Assembly (NCBI GenBank): GCA_002269645.1
Contig: NIVC01001377.1
Location: 62,001-126,000 of the forward strand
Reading direction: 5' to 3'
DNA length: 64,000 nucleotides
Source of the DNA: Macrostomum lignano
Lineage: Eukaryota
In this document: piece by piece, positions 44,655 through 56,690 of the stretch
Position numbering within the stretch: position 1 is the first letter of the stretch
How the letters are laid out: each line of letters begins with the position of its first letter
Notes under the pieces: model-generated
The model's database searches: none
Seen by the model: only the letters and a program-made list of their open reading frames with translations
Told to the model about the DNA's origin: nothing
Made by a program: the position numbers and the translations under genes

Positions 44655-45083
44655 ACGTTTTTTTGTTTTTTTCCATGACAGACCTTTTTTGTTTACAGCT
44701 TTGGGTGGTGTTCGATTTTTTTTGTTTCTGTTATTGTTGTCGTGGTGCTGGGAAGTATTTTCTTTTCTCTTTTTTTGTTTCTTTTTTGTTGCGGTTTTTT
44801 TCTTTTTTTCATCTACGTGTGGAGGGATGTGGTGACTGCGTTTCGCTTTCTGTGCAGAGTGGGGGATGGGGGGCTGTCTCTCTCTCTCTCTCTCTCGGAT
44901 TGTACTCGCGCACGTGCATACTCTGGAGCGCGAGCACGCCAGAGGTAGCGGCTGATTGGTCAGCCTAGTCAGGCTGGAAAATAAACTGGTATTTATTGAG
45001 AGAGCTAGGCTTGGCCAGCTCTAAGAAGATTTTTTCTCTCTGCAAGCCACTCAGACTTTGTTACAGTGGCGACGAGGTGACTA

Positions 45084-48000
45084 ATGGCCACGGGCCTACT
45101 GTGTAGCATCGGTCCATTTGAGCCTGAAAATGAGGACTGGCTGCAGTACAAGGAAAGAGTGGAGCAAGTTTTCATTGCAAGCGACATAGAGTCCGAAGAC
45201 AAAAAGCGAGCTGTCTTCCTCAGTGTCTGTGGCAAGGAGACATTCAAGCTGATTTGCAGCCTGCTGGCCCCGAGGAAGCCATCGGAGACGAGCTACGCAG
45301 ACATTTGCCAAAAACTAAAGGAGCACTGGAAGCCGGAGCCTTCTGAAATTGTGCAGCGTTTTCATTTCTATCAGCGCGTGCGGGCCAGCACCGAGTCAGT
45401 GGCGGATTTCCTGGCCAGTTTGCGGCGTCTGGCCGTGGACTGCAAGTTCGGAAACAGCTTGGAGTCGATGCTCAGGGATCGGCTAGTGCTCGGCATCCAG
45501 GACGATCGGATCCAGCGCAGACTGCTGTCGGAGCCGGAGCTGGATCTCGAGAAGGCGCTGAAGATCGCTCAAGCGGTGGAGCTGGCGGAAAAAGGCTGCA
45601 CGGTCGTCAGGAGCTCACAGGAGGTGGCTGGCCCTGCGGCGGCTGCTTCAGTCGATCGAGTCGACCAGGCCAAGGCGACCGGATCTGGTCGAGCCCCACA
45701 GAAGTGTTTCCGGTGCTTGTCGACTCGACATCTGGCGGACAAGTGCCCGTTCATCAAGAAGGCATGCTTCAAGTGCGGCAAGCTCGGGCACACCGCAGCT
45801 GCTTGCCGTAGAGGCGCCGGGGCATCTGGTGCGGACTCCAAGCCCCGCGTGGGCGCCGTGCAAGAAGCAGAAGACGAGGACTGCAGCTCCCTTAACACCG
45901 TGCCCAGCGTTGCAGCCAAGGTGCCACCCTACTTGACCAAGGTACTGATCAACGGCGTGTCCTGCCAGATGGAGATAGACACGGGCGCCGCGGTGTCGTT
46001 GATCTCAGCCAAAGTCTACCAGGATCTTCTCGGAGGTATCCCTAAGCTCGGTGGGACCACGATTCGGCTGCGAAACTACGGCGGCCAACCTGTCAACGTG
46101 CTGGGACAGTTGAGCGTCACAGTGGAGATTCCAGGAAATGAAAAGAAACTGCTGCCTCTGGTGGTGGTCTCAGGAAGCGGCTCCAGCTTGATCGGACGGA
46201 ACTGGCTGTCTGAACTAACCATGGACTGGAGAAGCATCAAGGAGCTGCGAGAGCGAGAACTGCCGGCTCAGGGAAATCAGCAGGTGGAGCAGCTGCTGCA
46301 AAAGTACAGCGCAGTATTTTCGGACGGACTCGGTTGCTACACAGGCGAACCACTGAAATTGCGGACGAAACCAGGTGCACAGCCCAAATTTTTCAAAGCT
46401 CGGACGGTGCCGTTCGCTTTGAAGTCCAAGGTGGAAGAGCAGCTGGACCGGGAGATCGAGCAAGGCGTTCTGCAGCCTGTCTCTAACTCCGAGTACGCGT
46501 CTCCTATCGTGCCGGTGCTCAAGGCGGATGGATCCGTCAGAATCTGCGCGGATTTCAAGCGCACGGTGAACCAAGACGTTGTGCAGGACTCCTACCCGCT
46601 GCCCAGAATTGAAGAATTGTTCGCAAAGCTAACAGGAGGCCAGAAATTCACCAAGCTAGACCTCAGTCAGGCGTATCAGCAACTGCCCCTGGACTCGGAA
46701 TCACAGCGTCTGTGCACCATCAACACCTCCAAAGGGTTGCTCAGGTACACCAGGTTGCCGTTCGGCATCTCACCGGCAGTCGGCATGTTTCAGAGGACAA
46801 TGGACGGCTTGCTTCAAGGAAGACCGCACACGGCGGCTTTTATCGACGATCTGCTGGTGACAGGAACTGATGACGCGAAGCACCTGGAGAACCTGGAAGC
46901 CGTTTTGCAGCGCCTACAAGATGCTGGGCTGAAGTGCCGAGCTGACAAGTGCCGGTTCATGCAGGAGTCCGTGAGTTACCTGGGCCACCGAATCGACGCC
47001 GGCGGTCTCCACCCGCTGGAAAGCAAGGTCAGCGCGATCGTTGAGGCGCCAGCTCCCCAGGACGTCACCCAACTCCGCAGCTTCCTGGGCCTCATAAATT
47101 ATTATGGACGATTCCTGCCGAACCTGTCCAGCTTGCTCGCTCCGCTGCACCGCCTATTGGACAAGGGCGCTGTCTGGCAATGGAACAGCCCGCAAGAGAG
47201 TGCGTTTCACCGCTGCAAGGAGCTCCTGCTGAGCTCTCAGACGCTAGTGCATTTCGACCCCGGTAAAGAGGTCATCCTGGAGTGCGACAGCTCGCCCTAC
47301 GGTCTCGGCGCGGTCATCTGCCACCTAATAGACGGCGTGGAGCGGCCCATCTCGTTTGCGTCCCGCACTCTGGCCGATGCGGAGAAGAACTACTCCCAGA
47401 CGGAGAAGGAGGCCTTGGCAGTTGTTTTCGGCGTCAAGCGATTCCACACCTATCTGTACGGCCGGAACTTCCAGCTGAAGAGTGACCACAAGCCGCTTCT
47501 AGGACTGCTTCACGAGAACAAGGCCATTCCGCCACTAGCATCTGCCAGGATTCAGCGCTGGGCTCTGCTGCTGTCCAGCTACTCCTATCGACTGCAATAC
47601 CGCAAGGGCGCCACCCTGCTGCGGGCGGATGCACTGAGCCGGTTGCCGCTGCCGTCCAAGCCAGCGGAGGCGCCGGCGCCGGCTGAGGTGGTACTGCTGA
47701 TCGACTCATTCAACGAGGGCCCAGTGACTGCGGCTCAAGTTCGCTGCTGGACACGGCGAGACCCGCTACTCGGTCGAGTGCTCAGGTTCGTGCAAGAAGG
47801 CTGGCCGGAGGATCGGCGAGGGAGCGAAGATCTGCGGCCGTTTGCGTCTCGAGCTGCGGAACTTAGCGTGGAGGACGGCTGCCTGCTGTGGGGCACCAGA
47901 GTGGTGGTGCCGGTTCAGGGACGCCTGGCGTTGCTCGAGTGTCTGCACCAAAGTCACCTAGGAGCGTCCAAGCTGAAGTCGCTGGCCAGGAACTATTTTT

Positions 48001-49046
48001 GGTGGCCGGGAATGGACGGAGACATCGAGCGGCTCTCGCAGCACTGCCGGCAGTGCAAACTGCATCAGCACAGCCCACCTCCAGCGCCGCTGCAGCCCTG
48101 GCCCTGGCCTGACAGACCGTGGTCAAGGGTCCACATGGATTACGCTGGACCGTTCGAAGGCAAGATGCTGCTGATTCTGGTCGACGCGCATTCCAAGTGG
48201 ATCGAGGTGCACATCTGCCAGTCCGCGACCAGCTCCGCTACAATCGATCGGCTCCGGCGGACTTTCAGCCAGCTGGGCCTGCCGGAGGTCGTGGTGACGG
48301 ACAACGGGCCCAACTTCGTGAGTCAAGAGATGGAGAGCTTCATGAGCAGCAATGGCATCCGGCATGTCAAGGTGTCGCCCTATCATCCGGCGTCCAACGG
48401 CCTGGCGGAACGCGCGGTACAAACGGTGAAGGCGGCTCTGGCAAAGGGACAGCCGGCGGCTCTGCAGACTCGGCTCGCTCGGTTCCTGCTGACCTACCGG
48501 GTGACTCCGCACAGCACGACTGGCGTTCCGCCGAGCCAGCTGATGATGGGCCGGCCTCTGCGAACACTGCTGGATCTGGTACGTCCGGACGTCTCGGCTG
48601 CGGTCACGCGACGACAGGAGGCACAGAAGCTACAACACGACAGGCGCGCCAGAGCGAGGTCCTTCGAGGAAGGCGACGACGTCGTAGTGCGGGATTTCAC
48701 GGGTCAGCAGAAGTGGCTGCCGGCCAGCATCAGCCGACAAACAGCACCTTTGTCCTACGAGTGCCGGCTGCCTGATGATCGCATTGTACGCCGCCACGCC
48801 GACCATGTAGCCTCTGCAGGCGTCGAACCGCTGACCTCAGGAAGCACGGAACTGCCAATTAATGACGAGCTGCGCTACGAATCGGCTGAGGCAGAAGTTC
48901 CGCCGCTGCTGCCGCCCACGCCGCGGCCGCCCACACAGCCACCGACCGCGCCACCGCCGCCCACGCAGCCGCCGCTTCCTCCGACTCCTCAGGCGCGGCG
49001 TTCGCAGAGGAACCGAAAATGCCCGGACAGGTTGACGTACAAGTGA
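45084..49046 (+). CDS. Gag-Pol polyprotein, copy 2
   Basis: Translation appears identical to copy 1. Confidence 0.97.
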   Translation: MATGLLCSIGPFEPENEDWLQYKERVEQVFIASDIESEDKKRAVFLSVCGKETFKLICSLLAPRKPSETSYADICQKLKEHWKPEPSEIVQRFHFYQRVRASTESVADFLASLRRLAVDCKFGNSLESMLRDRLVLGIQDDRIQRRLLSEPELDLEKALKIAQAVELAEKGCTVVRSSQEVAGPAAAASVDRVDQAKATGSGRAPQKCFRCLSTRHLADKCPFIKKACFKCGKLGHTAAACRRGAGASGADSKPRVGAVQEAEDEDCSSLNTVPSVAAKVPPYLTKVLINGVSCQMEIDTGAAVSLISAKVYQDLLGGIPKLGGTTIRLRNYGGQPVNVLGQLSVTVEIPGNEKKLLPLVVVSGSGSSLIGRNWLSELTMDWRSIKELRERELPAQGNQQVEQLLQKYSAVFSDGLGCYTGEPLKLRTKPGAQPKFFKARTVPFALKSKVEEQLDREIEQGVLQPVSNSEYASPIVPVLKADGSVRICADFKRTVNQDVVQDSYPLPRIEELFAKLTGGQKFTKLDLSQAYQQLPLDSESQRLCTINTSKGLLRYTRLPFGISPAVGMFQRTMDGLLQGRPHTAAFIDDLLVTGTDDAKHLENLEAVLQRLQDAGLKCRADKCRFMQESVSYLGHRIDAGGLHPLESKVSAIVEAPAPQDVTQLRSFLGLINYYGRFLPNLSSLLAPLHRLLDKGAVWQWNSPQESAFHRCKELLLSSQTLVHFDPGKEVILECDSSPYGLGAVICHLIDGVERPISFASRTLADAEKNYSQTEKEALAVVFGVKRFHTYLYGRNFQLKSDHKPLLGLLHENKAIPPLASARIQRWALLLSSYSYRLQYRKGATLLRADALSRLPLPSKPAEAPAPAEVVLLIDSFNEGPVTAAQVRCWTRRDPLLGRVLRFVQEGWPEDRRGSEDLRPFASRAAELSVEDGCLLWGTRVVVPVQGRLALLECLHQSHLGASKLKSLARNYFWWPGMDGDIERLSQHCRQCKLHQHSPPPAPLQPWPWPDRPWSRVHMDYAGPFEGKMLLILVDAHSKWIEVHICQSATSSATIDRLRRTFSQLGLPEVVVTDNGPNFVSQEMESFMSSNGIRHVKVSPYHPASNGLAERAVQTVKAALAKGQPAALQTRLARFLLTYRVTPHSTTGVPPSQLMMGRPLRTLLDLVRPDVSAAVTRRQEAQKLQHDRRARARSFEEGDDVVVRDFTGQQKWLPASISRQTAPLSYECRLPDDRIVRRHADHVASAGVEPLTSGSTELPINDELRYESAEAEVPPLLPPTPRPPTQPPTAPPPPTQPPLPPTPQARRSQRNRKCPDRLTYK

Positions 49047-49456
49047 ACGTTTTTTTGTTTTTTTCCATGACAGACCTTTTTTGTTTACAGCTTTGGGTGG
49101 TGTTCGATTTTTTTTGTTTCTGTTATTGTTGTCGTGGTGCTGGGAAGTATTTTCTTTTCTCTTTTTTTGTTTCTTTTTTGTTGCAGTTTTTTTTTTTTTT
49201 TCATCTACGTGTGGAGGGATGTGGTGACTGCGTTTCGCTTTCTGTGCAGAGTGGGGGATGGGGGGCTGTCTCTCTCTCTCTCTCTCTCGGATTGTACTCG
49301 CGCACGTGCATACTCTGGAGCGCGAGCACGCCAGAGGTAGCGGCTGATTGGTCAGCCTAGTCAGGCTGGAAAATAAACTGGTATTTATTGAGAGAGCTAG
49401 GCTTGGCCAGCTCTAAGAAGTTTTTTTTCTCTGCAAGCCACTCAGACTTTGTTACA

Positions 49457-50320
49457 GTCACCTTCCCTACAGTCCCCATCCCTACAGTCATCAACTATCC
49501 CTACAGTCAGCATCCCTACAGTCACAATCCCTACAGTCAGCATCCCTACAGTCAGCATCCCTACAGTCACCATCCCTACAGTCACCATCCCTACAGTCAG
49601 CATCCCTACAGTCACAATCCCTACAGTCAGCATCCCTACAGTCAGCATCCCTACAGTCACCATCCCTACAGTCACCATCCCTACAGTCAGCATCCCTACA
49701 GTCACCATCCCTACAGTCAGCATCCCTACAGTCAGCATCCCTACAGTCACAATCCCTACAGTCACCATCCCTACAGTCAGCATCCCTACAGTCACCATCC
49801 CTACAGTCACCATCCCTACAGTCACCATCCCTACAGTCCCCATCCCTACAGTCATCAACTATCCCTACAGTCAGCATCCCTACAGTCACAATCCTTACAG
49901 TCAGCATCCCTACAGTCACCATCCCTACAGTCACCATCCCTACAGTCAGCATCCCTACAGTCACCATCCCTACAGTCACCATCCCTACAGTCACCATCCC
50001 TACAGTCACCATCCCTATAGTCAGCATTCCTACAGTCAGAATCCCTACAGTCACCATCCCTACAGTCACCATCACTACAGTCACCATCCCTACAGTCCCC
50101 ATCCCTACAGTCATCAACTATCCCTACAGTCAGCATCCCTACAGTCACAATCCTTACAGTCAGCATCCCTTCAGCATCCCTACAGTCAGCATCCCTACAG
50201 TCAGCATCCCTACAGTCAGCATCCCTACAGTCACCATCCCTACAGTCACCATCCCTACAGTCACCATCCCTACAGTCACCATCCCTATAGTCAGCATTCC
50301 TACAGTCAGAATCCCTATAG
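49457..50320. repeat. 15-bp satellite, right part, with more variants and higher-order structure
   Basis: Same unit; the variant block GTCATCAACTATCCC recurs at ~49487, ~49851 and ~50110. Confidence 0.95.
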
Positions 50321-51281
50321 TCTACAGTCTGGTGACTCACTCTGCAGTGACTGTGAGCTGATTCAGATCTTCAATGTTGGCGAATTCAAAGCTTCCGTCA
50401 CCTGTAAATGAAATTGAGCACTATAATGACTTTGGAGACAGTATTGATTCTGCCGTGCGAGAATTAATGAGTTCCCAACTTCTTCTCTATTGCTTTTAAT
50501 TGGCTGGGTAAGGATTTTTCTCCTTTATTTATTCTGGGATTTTCTTTTTTCCATTTTCTGGGTCTTGCTGCATTTCTGTGACATCTGCTTTTGTTGAGTT
50601 GCTTACCTGTCACTTTTGAGATATAATCACCTCCCTGTCCTTTTGAGATATGATCACCTACCTGTCCTTTTGAGATATGATCACCTACCTGTCACCTAAT
50701 GTATGATTACATACCTGTCAATTTGGTGCCAAAGTATGGGGAGGTGATCTTAAGCCAATATGTTTGTCAATATTTGTCAGTTTTGTGATTCACAATCGAC
50801 TCGCTGTCATTCTTTGGCTCCGAAAATTCAAATATTTTGACCTTAGTTCGCTTTTCCAGTTCTATTAAAGATTTTTAGTCAGATCTCATGACCGCCGACG
50901 TGTCTTGAAGGCTCACCTTGTTTGCCAGCTTTCCCTCAGTTTTATGATTTATAACCGCATCTGTCATGTCCCACGGTGTCCGAGAGGCCTCTCGGTAAAA
51001 TAAAGATTTGAGGGTTTTGAGCTCAGCCAATCAGAGTCGAGCTGGTCATCCCAATCAGATCAGAAAACCCGACGCTTGACATGACAAACAGGCAGCTGGA
51101 AATAACCAAGACGTTAGTCTTCACCCCTACGTTATCGAGTTGGCGACTGAGTGTCCATGGATCACCTCAGCTTCACGGGCGAGACAGAGCGAGGGCGAGA
51201 CAGAGCGAGGGCGAGACAGAGCTAGGGCGAGACAGAGTGAGGGCCGCTCCTAACTCCCAATGCAATCCCAATCTCAAGCAG

Positions 51282-51706
51282 CACCAGAGGCGCCAGCACC
51301 AGAGGCGCCAGCACCAGAGGCGCCAGCACCAGAGGCGCCAGCACCAGAGGCGCCAGCACCAGAGGCGCCAGCACCAGAGGCGCCAGCACCAGAGGCGCCA
51401 GCACCAGAGGCGCCAGCACCAGAGGCGCCAGCACCAGAGGCGCCAGCACCAGAGGCGCCAGCACCAGAGGCGCCAGCACCAGAGGCGCCAGCACCAGAGG
51501 CGCCAGCACCAGAGGCGCCAGCACCAGAGGCGCCAGCACCAGAGGCGCCAGCACCAGAGGCGCCAGCACCAGAGGCGCCAGCACCAGAGGCGCCAGCACC
51601 AGAGGCGCCAGCACCAGAGGCGCCAGCACCAGAGGCGCCAGCACCAGAGGCGCCAGCACCAGAGGCGCCAGCACCAGAGGCGCCAGCACCAGAGGCGCCA
51701 GCACCA
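51282..51706. repeat. 15-bp minisatellite (CACCAGAGGCGCCAG)
   Basis: ~28 perfect copies. Confidence 0.96.
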
Positions 51707-51801
51707 GGCGCCTTCCAGTTTCTTAAACTCATAAAGTTTTATGCTGCAGAACTGCAATTGGATTGCTAGCAAAACATCTATTCACCATTTATTCTTACCA
51801 G

Positions 51802-52046
51802 ATGAAAACATTTCGAAGAAGCTGGCAGCCGCATCGATGCCCAACATCAGCAGCGCTCAGAGCTCCATGACTCACAGCAGTTTCCCAGCCAGAGTTGAAT
51901 TCGAGTGCACCGCCGCCTGCCACAGCAGCCCGAGCTGCCTGGGCAGCACCTTCTCGCCGTCAGCCCGGATGTGCCGCCTGCTGAAGTTCCACGCTGTGCC
52001 CGAGGAGTTGGCCAGCGAGTTCGAGTACGTTTGGATGAAGCCGTGA
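51802..52046 (+). CDS. Exon encoding a PAN/Apple-like domain (paralog of 61728-61972)
   Basis: ttaccAG acceptor; FPARVEFECTAACHSSPSCLGSTFSPSARMCRLL aligns with FPAAVEFQCAAACHRRPECLGCVFASSSRVCRLL. Its upstream exon was not identified. Confidence 0.6.
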
Positions 52047-52269
52047 GGGCAGCAGCTGCCGGAATGGAAATGATTCCAATAACTAGCCAACAAGAACTCT
52101 AGGATTGTTGAACGAACAACTTTAAGCTGACTTTATTGCTGGATTGGAATTCTCTTCTATGACGCAATATTTCTGCTTGGAATGGGTCTGAAGCATTGAT
52201 TTTTTTAATTTCAGTGGAACTCAACGAGGCTGGAATCTATCTGATATCTATATATATATATAATATATT

Positions 52270-52412
52270 TATGGCTGGGCTGCATCCAACTCAGCCTCCA
52301 TCTGCACCTGCACCTGTATTTGACTCTATGGCTGGGCTGCATCCAACTCAGCCTCCATCTGCACCTGCACCTGTATTTGACTCTATGGCTGGGCTGCATC
52401 CAACTCAACCAA
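52270..52412. repeat. 57-bp tandem repeat (~2.4 copies)
   Basis: Direct copies. Confidence 0.85.
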
Positions 52413-52849
52413 TGCGAAAAGCCCCCCCCCCAACCCCGCTACCCTAGCCAGGGCAGAGTGAACCCCCATATAGCAACCGGCTGATTCAGTTCTTTTGGGC
52501 TACACTTCATCAGGGGCTGAGTCTCCACTCTAAACACAGCGAATGTGTGCTGTTGTGAGGTAGAGTGGGATTTTAAGAACTTTATAAGAGAAGGAGCGGA
52601 GTGTGCTCCGCGTTTTTTTTAGCCGTGGTAGCTCAGTTTCGGTCCCAAAATCGAAATTCACAATTGTTTCAATACGTCTTTGTCTTAGCGATCGCGGAGA
52701 CCAGAGACCAGACCAGAGACCGGAGACCAGAGAGACTAAATGCAATGGAGAGAAGCCAAGGTCGTTGTCAGGTCGTGTCAGGATTCTGTTTTTTACCTCA
52801 ATGGCCAGATAAAAATTGAGATCATTGCTGCGGGTCAGGTGAGGGAGAA

Positions 52850-53480
52850 AAGGAGAAGGAATAGAGGAGAGAGAGAATAGGAAAGAGATGAGAGGCGAGA
52901 GGAGAGATGAGAGATGCGACGAGAGAGAAGAAAAGAGAAGAGAAGGGTAATGAGATGAGATTAGAAGGGAGAAAAAACGAAAGAGTTGAGAGGAGAAAAG
53001 GGATGAAAGATGAGGAGAGGGGAGAGGAAAAAAGATATGAGAGATTAGGAGAGGGGAGAGGAAAAAATAGAGATGGGAGATGAGGAGAGGGGAGAGGATA
53101 AAAGAGATGAGAGATGAGGAGAGGGGAGAGGAGAAAAGAGATGAGAGATGAGAAGGGGGGAGAGGAGAAAAGAGATGAGAGATGAGGAGAGGGGAGAGGA
53201 GAAAAGAGATGAGAGATGAGGAGAGGGGAGAGGAAAAAATAGAGATGGGAGATGAGGAGAGGGGAGAGGATAAAAGAGATGAGAGATGAGGAGAGGGGAG
53301 AGGAGAAAAGAGATGAGAGATGAGAAGGGGGGAGAGGAGAAAAGAGATGAGAGATGAGGAGAGGGGAGAGGAGAAAAGAGATGAGAGATGAGGAGAGGGG
53401 AGAGGATAAAATAGAGATGAGAGATGAGGAGAGGGGAGAGGAGAAAAAAGAGAGAAAATGGGAGAGAAGAGAGAGCTGAG
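52850..53480. repeat. GA-rich low-complexity repeat
   Basis: Purine-only units of the form GAGATGAGGAGAGGGGAGAG... Confidence 0.9.
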
Positions 53481-53546
53481 AAGAGACTGAAACCTAAAGC
53501 ACCTGAGGCCCGGATAGAGGTCTTTAAGAGTTCGGAAACGGCTGCA

Positions 53547-53624
53547 TACAAATGGAAAGGTGCGACAGCAGAGGTGATTTCCCTTCCCGTAAGCACACAA
53601 GGTGTGGATACATATAATTACTTC
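53547..53624 (+). pseudogene. Relic of a second Polinton minor-capsid gene
   Basis: YKWKGATAEVISLPVSTQGVDTYNYF versus YKWKGAAADPVVFQVSTQSVDTYNNF at 32564-32641: 17/26 aa identical, no gaps. Confidence 0.75.
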
Positions 53625-54139
53625 AGTAGTAGGCATCAGTGAGGGAATTTCATGTGCATAAACAAAATCTCTCTTAGATTAACGTCTACTAAAGTCTAAT
53701 TTGTGGAGAAAAGCTTTAAGATGTAATTAGCTGAAATTGGCCCAAGAACTCTTCTTAATTCAGATCGTTAGTATCAATACTTTCCAAGGTCACGAAGTCT
53801 TAACAGCAGCTTTAGAGATACTGCGCTTAAGATATTTCTGCACGTCCGACTTTATACTTTCTGCATGCTATAATTTAAAACTGGATAGAAATAGCGAGTG
53901 TAGAATATAGAAATAAGGAATGTAAGCACGCATTCACCCCTTCGCCCAGATTCACACGGTCTTGACCTCGTCATCATCTTTTTGATATCTGAAAAAATAA
54001 AACGCACTTTTAAGAATTATAAATTGAAATTTGATAGAATTAAAACAATGTAGCAATTATTTTTTCACGTTGTTCTTTACCATTCATGGTGACAAAAGAG
54101 ATGCTTTCCTGCTCCATTCGCATCAGCTGGTCGAATCTG

Positions 54140-54671
54140 CTATCTACTGCAGCCTTCTTGCAGATCAACTACCTTCTTGTAGTTGATAATTCTTCCCACC
54201 GAATAACTTGAACAAATCAACCCCGGAATGTCAAGGCACAGCCTGTAATACTTTACGTAATCCGCAACTTTGCTAGATGTGATGTCAAATTCTCGTGCTA
54301 GTTCATTTTGTTTCATACCAAATTTCATGTTCGAAAAATTTACCACTGTGCCTTGTTCGAATTGCAAAATGGACTTAACAACAGAAAGAATTTCGGCTGA
54401 TACCATTATTTTCTTAAAACGGCCAATTAATTCTATTTTCGGTACATCTTCCCAACTTCTTGGCAACCATGTTCAACCCAAACATAACCGATTCCAAGCA
54501 GACACGTACGCCGCGGTCTTCGACGTCCTCTAACTTTGGCTTGAACTTTTCAAGAATATTCTCTTGATCTTTGTTTTGGTTCTTCTTTAAGGTGCTCTTC
54601 GTTTTCTCTTGAATGCCTTCCAACTTTTCCAAGCTGGATTGAAGCCTTCTCAGTTCTTCGTCAGGAAACAC
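54140..54671 (-). other. Unassigned AT-rich coding-like fragments (two overlapping frames)
   Basis: Non-repetitive, protein-like composition with an apparent frameshift at ~54440; no family recognised. Confidence 0.3.
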
Positions 54672-56124
54672 TCACAGGCGAGTTCCAAGCAGAGATCGAT
54701 CCTTTTTAATCAGCGTTGTAGTAATCTCAACAACGCGTGAAATTCGTTTTTATTTTTCCTTGGACAAAGCCATGACACTCGTATGTTATACGACAGAATA
54801 AATGAGCGTGTTTAGTGTTTAGTGCTTTTATACAGCAGGCTAGGGTAGGTAGGGGAAGTTTTTAGAACGTAATTGACATACGTAATAAGGATAGAAGTCT
54901 GTGTGCAACCTGGCGCACTTTAAGCGACATTGTCACACAACCGGCGAGAGGCATTGCTGCCCATTCTGCCGACTCCCCTGAGCAGGCATACAAGCGCGCG
55001 GATACTTACGCAGTCATACGCATAGGCACACACTCACACAGGAGTGCACAACGGCCGCACACTTCACTGTGCTTTGGGGTTGGCCCTCGAATCCGTTATT
55101 TTCACGAGCAGAGCCAAGCCAAGATTCCAATTTACTTCAGTAGTCCCAAATTAATGTGACTGCACTTGGAATTGAGCCGGGGCCGCTGGAACATCAGAGC
55201 GCCGCGCCAGACTACTGGGCTACGGCCCACCCATATTGGATCCCCTAGCATGTAGCAGATGGCATTCTCACGGCTGTTTGCGAGCAACCATCGTGTCTCA
55301 GTTGAGTGATGAGCCAGATTGCAGAAAAAGGAACGATCACAAGCAAAGTTGAAAGACATGATAAAATACAAGCTATTTGCTGAGCCAAGCTGAGTGTTAA
55401 CGCTTTCGCTCAGGCTTTTAACTGGCTTTTCACTGGACGAGAACCCCTAGCTGTGTTCAGTGCATTTGTGTTGGATGTTGGTAGATTGATCGATGAACAA
55501 AAGAAGTCTAAAAATAAAAAAGGAACTGCTTGGACAAATAGCAACTCTGCTTGGCTGGGAGTTCATTCTTAGAAGCTTTACTGTTGAGAATAGAGATTTC
55601 ATCACTCATTCCACAAGAGCATTTTCACTCATTCACGGGAAGGATGCGGGCACCCTGGCGCAGCGCCTTCGGCGACAGCGTCCCACAACCAGCGCTGACG
55701 GTATTCTGCCCATTCTGCTGAGCACACATAAGCGCACCAATACGCGCAGGCACAGCACTCATGCTCACGCTCACACAGGGTGTGCAGGGGCCTGACTTTC
55801 TGATCCTGTCAGGAGTGCACACTATTTGCGCCTTGGGGGTTGGCCCTCAGGGGTGAGTCACACGAAAGCCACTCTACCTTTTTCTGAGACCCAAAAAGTT
55901 AAGAAATTTTAAATAAGTTATGAATGAAGCAAATATGCAGACGTGAAGTTCTTTACATAGTTGGCTATCATACGCTTGTAGAAGTGGCGGATGGATAAAC
56001 ATTTATATTTTTCAAGATGGTTTATTTCATCAATTCCTTTGTTCAAGTTCAAAGTTGAATAGTTTCATTAAGCTTGAAGTTCTGCTTTGATGCGCTATGA
56101 AAGTAGTAAATTACCCAGACAAAC

Positions 56125-56690
56125 TCAGCTTTACAGCTTCATCCAGACCCACCCAGCCTCACAGCTTCATCCAGACCCACCCAGCCTCACAGCTTCATCC
56201 AGACCCACCCAGCCTCACAGCTTCATCCAGACCCACTCAGCCTCACAGCTTCATCCAGACCCACTCAGCCTCACAGCTTCATCCAGACCCACTCAGCCTC
56301 ACAGCTTCATCCAGACCCACTCAGCCTCACAGCTTCATCCAGACCCACTCAGCCTCACAGCTTCATCCAGATCCACCCAGCCTCACAGCTTCATCCAAAC
56401 CCACCCAGCCTCACAGCTTCATCCAGACCCACCCAGCCTCACAGCTTCATCCAGACCCACTCAGCCTCACAGCTTCATCCAGACCCACTCAGCCTCACAG
56501 CTTCATCCAGATCCACCCAGCCTCACAGCTTCATCCAAACCCACCCAGCCTCACAGCTTCATCCAGACCCACTCAGCCTCACAGCTTCATCCAGACCCAC
56601 TCAGCCTCACAGCTTCATCCAGATCCACCCAGCCTCACAGCTTCATCCAAACCCACTCAGCCTCACAGCTTGCTCCAAACCCACTCAGCC
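56125..56690. repeat. 28-bp minisatellite derived from the end of the PAN exon
   Basis: The minus-strand unit GAGGCTGAGTGGGTCTGGATGAAGCTGT encodes EAEWVWMKL(stop), matching the exon end EAEWVWSKL*. Confidence 0.9.

Larger units (their letters stand above)
40436..49456 (+). mobile_element. Tandem Gypsy (Mag-like) LTR retrotransposon: LTR-internal-LTR-internal-LTR
   Basis: TG...CA LTRs at 40436-40673, 44828-45065 and 49220-49456 (238/238/237 bp, period 4392). PBS GTGGCGACGAG follows LTR1 and LTR2, a PPT precedes LTR2 and LTR3, and a single 5-bp TSD GTCAC flanks the whole array. Confidence 0.96.

Noticed and set aside
53955-53985. Hammerhead-like string on the minus strand (GATGACGAGGTCAAGACC)
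   Set aside because: It lacks the CUGA start, the GAAA and stem I complementarity.
54955-55850. Two loosely similar ~130-bp segments ending TTGGGG(G)TTGGCCCTC as possible LTRs or split repeats
   Set aside because: The similarity is patchy, with no TG..CA ends, TSD or coding region between them, so it is insufficient to call.
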